Origin: Rebecca billardiae RCC1528
Lineage: Eukaryota; Protista; Haptophyta
Direction of reading: 5' to 3'
Length of the DNA stretch: 64,000 bases
Assembly (NCBI GenBank): GCA_965240325.2
Contig: OZ251232.1
Span: forward strand, 1,798,001-1,862,000
Shown piece after piece: positions 59,084 through 64,000 of the stretch. The position numbers were made by a program, and so were the translations under genes. Positions within the stretch are counted from its first letter, which is position 1, and every line of letters starts with the position of its first letter. The notes under the pieces are model-generated. The model was given only the letters and a program-made list of their open reading frames with translations. It was not told the DNA's origin and did not search any database.

Positions 59084-60718
59084 ATGGCGGTGTTTACCGG
59101 CTGCGTCGTCGCCGCGCTGCTCGCGGTGGGCGGCGGCCGAGGGGCAAGCTGGCGGTCGGCTCCGAACGCGGCGGTGCGGACTGGTTTCGAGCGGCAGGAT
59201 AACGTGGCGCTGCTCTACGTGCACCCCATGAAGTCGGGTGGCACCAGCGTGCGCCACGCCATGTACAAGCTCAACCCCGATTTCACTCATGCCGGTTCCA
59301 ACTTCTGCTACTCGAGCGTGCGCGACGGGCCGCGGGTGGAGAGCCCTGCGTTCCTGCGCGCGAACAAGCGCCTGTACTTCGAGTTCCACTGCAACCCGTA
59401 CGAGCACCTCATCGACAATAGCACGGTGGACGAGACGCGCGCGATGCTCGAGGCGCGCGGCTTCAAGGTTTTCAGCGCCATCACGCTTCGCGACCCCGTG
59501 ACGACGATGCCGTCGTACTACAACCACTTCGGCCCAGGGCACCCGGGGCGACGGCTTGAGCTCCTGCTCAACACCACGCTCGACGACTGGGTGCGCGCGC
59601 GCTTCAACTTCGTGCTGTGCACGATCTGGGGCTTGCGGGAGGCGTGCCAGTTCCCGTTTTCCATCGCGCCGCAGCTCCAGGCGCGCGCGGAGGAGGCTCG
59701 CGCGAGCGGCGGCGACGAGCTGCCGTGGCCCGTGCGCGAGACGTTGCACCGCGCGACCCTGCACGCTGGCGAGGGCGGGTTCATCACATCCGCCCACGCC
59801 AGGGACAACGCGCGCGAGCTGCTGCGTGGCGGGTACCCTCCGATCCTCGGCCGGCTGCTCGCCGAGTACTTGCGCACGCTCGAGCGAGAGCTCGGGCGCT
59901 TCACGCCCAAGTGCGGCGTGCGCCCGCTGATCCCGGGCAAGGAGGAGGCGACCCTCGCCGTAGACGACGCGTCGTACCACTTCTGCCAGCAGGGCTCCTA
60001 CCACGCGCTGCTGCGCGTGCAGGGCGCGTGGGCGCGCTACCTGCGCGCCGTGCACGAGGCCGACGGCGGCTCGTGTGACGCAGCCGTCGCGCGGATGAAT
60101 GCGGTCCTGCGCAAGCTCGACCTGGTGGGCATGTGCGAGCGGTGGGACGAGTCGTTCCTCTTCATGGCGCGGAACCTCGGCATCGCGCGCTTCCCGCGCA
60201 CCATCGTCAACGTCTTCCGCCCGTCGACCAGACAGTCTCGGCGCGCGGCCGAGTTGCGCGCCGAGATTGCAGCTCGCGAGCCGTGCGCCGTGCGCATCTA
60301 CGAGCACTGGCAGGCGGTGTTCGCGCAGCGGGTCGAGCGGCAGGGCGCCAAGTTCAACGCGACGCTGCAGCGGCTGCTCGCGAGACCGGCAGTCACAATG
60401 ATCTCGCACGAGCGCCAGCGCCTCAGCTTTTGGCGGCGGCCGCAGGTGCAAAGCTCGCAGCAGCTGGCGAGCGCGGTGGGCGCGCCGCTCGACGACAGCC
60501 GCCAGGAGATCGAGCGGCGCCACGCCGCGCGGCTGCAGCACAGCCGCGAGGAGGTCGAGCGGCGCCAAGCCCTGCGGCTGCAGCGGCGTCGCGAGCGTGA
60601 CGCACGGGCGGGCGTGGGCTCGGCATGGCGGCGTCATGGCCCGCCTTTGCAGGGCGGCACGGCTGGCCCTCATCCCGGGCTTGAGAGTGAGACGGCAGGC
60701 AAGATCGCACTGCCGTGA
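59084..60718 (+). CDS. Golgi-type sulfotransferase (Sulfotransfer_2 / Gal-3-O-sulfotransferase-like), 544 aa
   Basis: Signal anchor, 5'-PSB YVHPMKSGGTS, 3'-PB ITLRDPV...SYYNH, LDLVGMCERWDES, and IYEHWQAVF. Confidence 0.85.
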   Translation: MAVFTGCVVAALLAVGGGRGASWRSAPNAAVRTGFERQDNVALLYVHPMKSGGTSVRHAMYKLNPDFTHAGSNFCYSSVRDGPRVESPAFLRANKRLYFEFHCNPYEHLIDNSTVDETRAMLEARGFKVFSAITLRDPVTTMPSYYNHFGPGHPGRRLELLLNTTLDDWVRARFNFVLCTIWGLREACQFPFSIAPQLQARAEEARASGGDELPWPVRETLHRATLHAGEGGFITSAHARDNARELLRGGYPPILGRLLAEYLRTLERELGRFTPKCGVRPLIPGKEEATLAVDDASYHFCQQGSYHALLRVQGAWARYLRAVHEADGGSCDAAVARMNAVLRKLDLVGMCERWDESFLFMARNLGIARFPRTIVNVFRPSTRQSRRAAELRAEIAAREPCAVRIYEHWQAVFAQRVERQGAKFNATLQRLLARPAVTMISHERQRLSFWRRPQVQSSQQLASAVGAPLDDSRQEIERRHAARLQHSREEVERRQALRLQRRRERDARAGVGSAWRRHGPPLQGGTAGPHPGLESETAGKIALP

Positions 60719-61157
60719 TGATGACCGCCCCGACCGGGCCCGAGAGTCTGAGAGTCCGAGACCACGTACGGTTTTGGACAAGAGTTGGGCCCGAGCCGGA
60801 ACACTTGAAGCACTTGAATCAGAAGCAGGGCCTGCCCACTACTCAGACGCAGCAGCATCATCATATAGTGTCAGTGGACATCCTTGTTGTAATTCTGAGT
60901 TCACCACGGCGCTCGGATCGATGTGGTGTGACTCGGTGAGCCTCTCGCCCTCCCGCGCACGCACAGCCGGCTCCGGATCCACAAGACACAAGTTTCGACA
61001 GAAAATATGCCAAAAATCCCAAAATGGCCGTTGGCCCGCCGAAAGCTGCCCGCACGCGCTGAAGCCGGACACGGTGGGAAGGCCACCGTGGGCCGCCCCG
61101 AGGAGCTTCCACCCGCCGCCGAGCAGGCTTGCGGCGGCGAACGTCCGCGCGCCGAAA

Positions 61158-62753
61158 ATGGCCGGCACGTTCGTGTGCTTCACCGTCGCAGTTGTGCTCA
61201 TCGGCCAGCTCGGCGCTTCAGCATCCGCCGCTCGATGCCATGAGTGCCACACGCGCGCGCCGCCCGCTGTTCCTGCCGAGGACACATCCGATGACGTGCG
61301 CGCGTCCTACGGCCACCAGGGCGGCGCTCGCGGGCGCGCGCTCATGGGCGACGCGCGCTACGAAAGGCGGCGCGCGGTTCCGCGCAGGCGTGTACCACAC
61401 GCGCAGACCCGCCAGATGCAAACCCCTCACCCGCGCTCGTGGGCGCCAATCGTGACAATGGCGAGCGGCGCGCCAGTGTCGCACCGCGCGTGCGGTGCAC
61501 GCACGTATCGCGTGAGCGGCCGCTCTCCTCTCGACTCGATGCTGAGCGTGCGCCCGTGTAATTGCACGATCGTCATCTTCCACCACATTCGCAAGTGCGC
61601 CGGCGTCGTGCTGCGCGACGTGCTGCAGTCGCAGCGCCGCGCGCTCGGCCTGCTGCCGGAGCGCTTCTCGTGCACCGACCCGCTCGGCCACGCGGCGGCC
61701 ACACGCCAGGACACGGCGCTCAGGCAGCAGCAGGCGGGCGCGTCGGCGCGGCGCTCTGGCGCCTTTTACGTGTGGGAGAAGCACTGCGGGACGCACAACC
61801 TCGCGATGTTCTGGCGCGATGTGGCCAGCGCGTGGGACATGGTCGTGCAGCGCGGCGCGGCGCCGCTCCCGCGCGCCTTCCCGGGCTGCCAGCTCTTCGC
61901 CTTCACGGTGCTGCGCCATCCGGTGCGCCGGATCGAGTCGGACTACTTCTACTTTGTGAACGACTGGGACCACATCAACATGACGCTCCTCGAGTTCGCG
62001 CGCCTCCGGCCGGAGGAGCTGCTGGTCGAGGGCACGACGACCAACTTTGGCCTCGGCCTGCCGATGCCTGACGCGTTCGGCTCGGACGAGCGCGACCCGG
62101 CGCGCGCGCGCGCACACGAGCTGCACGAGCAGATGATCGCCGCGAAGGAGGAGGTGAAGCGCGTCCACACAGACCCAGTCGCGATGAAGCGCAAGTCCGC
62201 GTGGATGCGCCAGAACAAAGGGCGGCTCGTCGACCGCGTGCGCGGGCCGTGGGCGCCTGACCGGCTCGCCGGGCTGCGCGTACTCGAGCTGCGCGCGGCG
62301 TACATTGCGCACGCCAAGGCGGCCGGCGCGCTGACGTGCGACGCGATGCTCGAGCGTGTCGAGCCGCTCCTCGCCAACTTTGGGCTGGTCGGCATCTCGG
62401 AGCGGCTGTCCGAGACGCTCGTGCTGCTCGCCGACGAGCTCGGCCTCGTGCAGCTGGGTGGCGCGGGCGCGAATGCCAACGTGCATCCGCACCTCGACAA
62501 AGGCTCTGCGGCGTTCGCAGAGATCGCTGCGGTCAACGAGTGCGCCGTGCGCATGTACGAGCACGCATACTCGCGCTTCGACGCGATTGCTCGCTCGCGT
62601 GGCAAGGACTTCGCCAAGCGGGCGGCCGCTGTGCACGCCGAGCTGAAGCGCCACCCGGGGAAGATCGTCGTCAAGCGCGCGACAGTGAATGCAACCCCCA
62701 AGCAGCTCGCCGAGGGGGTGCCCGGCGAGCTGCCCGCGCACTACCACGACTGA
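61158..62753 (+). CDS. Second tandem sulfotransferase-like protein, 531 aa
   Basis: Signal peptide, FHHIRKCAGVVL, FTVLRHPVRRIESDYFYF, GLVGISERLSETL, and CAVRMYEHAYSRF. Confidence 0.82.
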   Translation: MAGTFVCFTVAVVLIGQLGASASAARCHECHTRAPPAVPAEDTSDDVRASYGHQGGARGRALMGDARYERRRAVPRRRVPHAQTRQMQTPHPRSWAPIVTMASGAPVSHRACGARTYRVSGRSPLDSMLSVRPCNCTIVIFHHIRKCAGVVLRDVLQSQRRALGLLPERFSCTDPLGHAAATRQDTALRQQQAGASARRSGAFYVWEKHCGTHNLAMFWRDVASAWDMVVQRGAAPLPRAFPGCQLFAFTVLRHPVRRIESDYFYFVNDWDHINMTLLEFARLRPEELLVEGTTTNFGLGLPMPDAFGSDERDPARARAHELHEQMIAAKEEVKRVHTDPVAMKRKSAWMRQNKGRLVDRVRGPWAPDRLAGLRVLELRAAYIAHAKAAGALTCDAMLERVEPLLANFGLVGISERLSETLVLLADELGLVQLGGAGANANVHPHLDKGSAAFAEIAAVNECAVRMYEHAYSRFDAIARSRGKDFAKRAAAVHAELKRHPGKIVVKRATVNATPKQLAEGVPGELPAHYHD

Positions 62754-63848
62754 CGAGCCCGTTGGGCGCACAGCGCGTCCCGACTCCGAGGAGGGCTTCC
62801 CCAGGCTGCCTTGCTCCCAGGCAGCCAGGCTGCGGGACCCCGGGAGCAGCAGCCATCGTGGTCACGTTCTTCCTGTTGTCTCATCGTCATTTTTCGCGCA
62901 GCTGTCGTCGAAACATTGACGGCCGTGACGGCCCGCCGGCTTGACACGTGTCCTGGCAGTGACGCTTCCCGAACGTGCAGCGCCCAGACAAGACATACTG
63001 TCATCACCCTCTGGGTGATGGCGCCCCGGCTGCGGCGTCTGGGCATGAGGGCGCGGCGTCGGCGACGACCGACGAGGTCGTGGGCGCGCTCTTCGCGGGC
63101 CCACTCGTCCCGATGGGGCGTGGGGCCGCGCCTGGCCCTGTTCACAAGGTGTTTGTGTTCGGGGCAGGCGAAGGCTCTGTGCCACAACCGGGGTAGGTGG
63201 GCAGACAGGGGCTGGCGGCAGCCGAGAGGGGCCGCTTTCCCCCGCCCCCGCTGCTGCGAAGGCGGCGGGGGTGCGCTGCTTGCCTCCGCAGGCGAGCAGC
63301 GCGCAGTTTACGCCGGGCATGTGGACCTGCCCACCCTTCATCTTCCAGTTCTTCCCTTCGGCTGGGGCTCGATCAGTCGACGTGGCGTCGCTCACAGCGC
63401 AGGCAGGTGTTTGGCGCGGCTGCACTCTCGAGGTGGCTGGGATACAACATCCAGGTGCAGCACCCTCCCCGTGTGGTGTCAGAGCGCGCTCCCGAGCGCG
63501 TGCCTCCGAGCGCGGGGCGGCCGCTTGCTGCAATGGCCGCCTCGATGAGGTGCGGCAACGCGCCCCTCACCTGCCTGCGCCGGTCTGTTTTGTGGCGGTG
63601 TCTTTGTGCAGTGTTGGATGGCGTCAATCACGCCTTAACCAAGTGTGCACGTTAAAACATAGTAAACTGTAGCCGGTGGAGGGTCCTCCGCAGAAACGCA
63701 GCTGTCAGCGTCCGCGAACAGCCAGTTTCGCACGAGCCGGAAATTCAGCAGGCGGAGAATCTCGATGCCACCCCACCGGTTCGGAGACGTGTCGCGGCCG
63801 CCGCCAGATTATTCGCGACAGCAGCAGCAGCCAGCGTTCGGTAGCAGC

Positions 63849-64000
63849 ATGGTGAGCTGCGCGAAGGAGCCGTGCACCGCGGAGGAATCCACGTCACAGC
63901 CCGCTGACGAGGCTCCCACGACCCCTGTGCACGCGCGCAGTCGATTCCTGCAGGTGACGCGGCGAAGGGCGCGAAAATCTTTAAGGTCAAGTGCGCCACG
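63849..64000 (+). CDS. CYCS: Mitochondrial cytochrome c, 5' part (ATG-only exon 63849-63851, intron 63852-63940, exon from 63941 truncated by the window end)
   Basis: Spliced reading M-SIPAGDAAKGAKIFKVKCAT matches the cytochrome c N-terminus up to the first Cys of CxxCH. Intron is gtgagc...gcgcgcag. Absent from the ORF track. Confidence 0.88.
   Translation, partial: MVSCAKEPCTAEESTSQPADEAPTTPVHARSRFLQVTRRRARKSLRSSAP

Noticed and set aside
1-64000. tRNA/rRNA genes and telomeric arrays
   Set aside because: None recognised by eye; a covariance-model scan (tRNAscan-SE, Infernal/Rfam) would be needed to exclude small RNAs.

Overview
Very GC-rich eukaryotic genomic DNA with short GC-rich GT-AG introns. 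The style suggests a haptophyte of the Pavlovales/Diacronema type, but that is inference only. Supported host genes are: an uncharacterised 4-exon secreted/type II membrane protein; a head-to-head pair of LOTUS-like + dead DEDD exonuclease + dead Ycf45-ATPase genes (one intact, one disrupted); an EF-hand/WD40 protein (WDR49/EFCAB8-like); proteasome ATPase RPT3; RagA/B GTPase; an LRRC74-like protein; two tandem sulfotransferases; and the 5' end of cytochrome c. About half of the window is non-autonomous mobile DNA with clear ends. It comprises a ~10.6 kb foldback palindrome carrying mirror-image 214-bp satellites; a 9.6 kb split-direct-repeat (TOC1/PAT-like) element in a (TA)n tract with a nested 8-bp-TSD element; a 7.4 kb composite of two CAGT-ended MITEs around three 1951-bp units joined by a CTG 'footprint'; and a 2.6 kb MULE-like element (665-bp TIRs, 9-bp TSD) in a bidirectional promoter. 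No transposase, RT or recombinase ORF was recognised. Most long Ala/Arg-rich ORFs in the track are GC/repeat artefacts. All alignments were done by eye.
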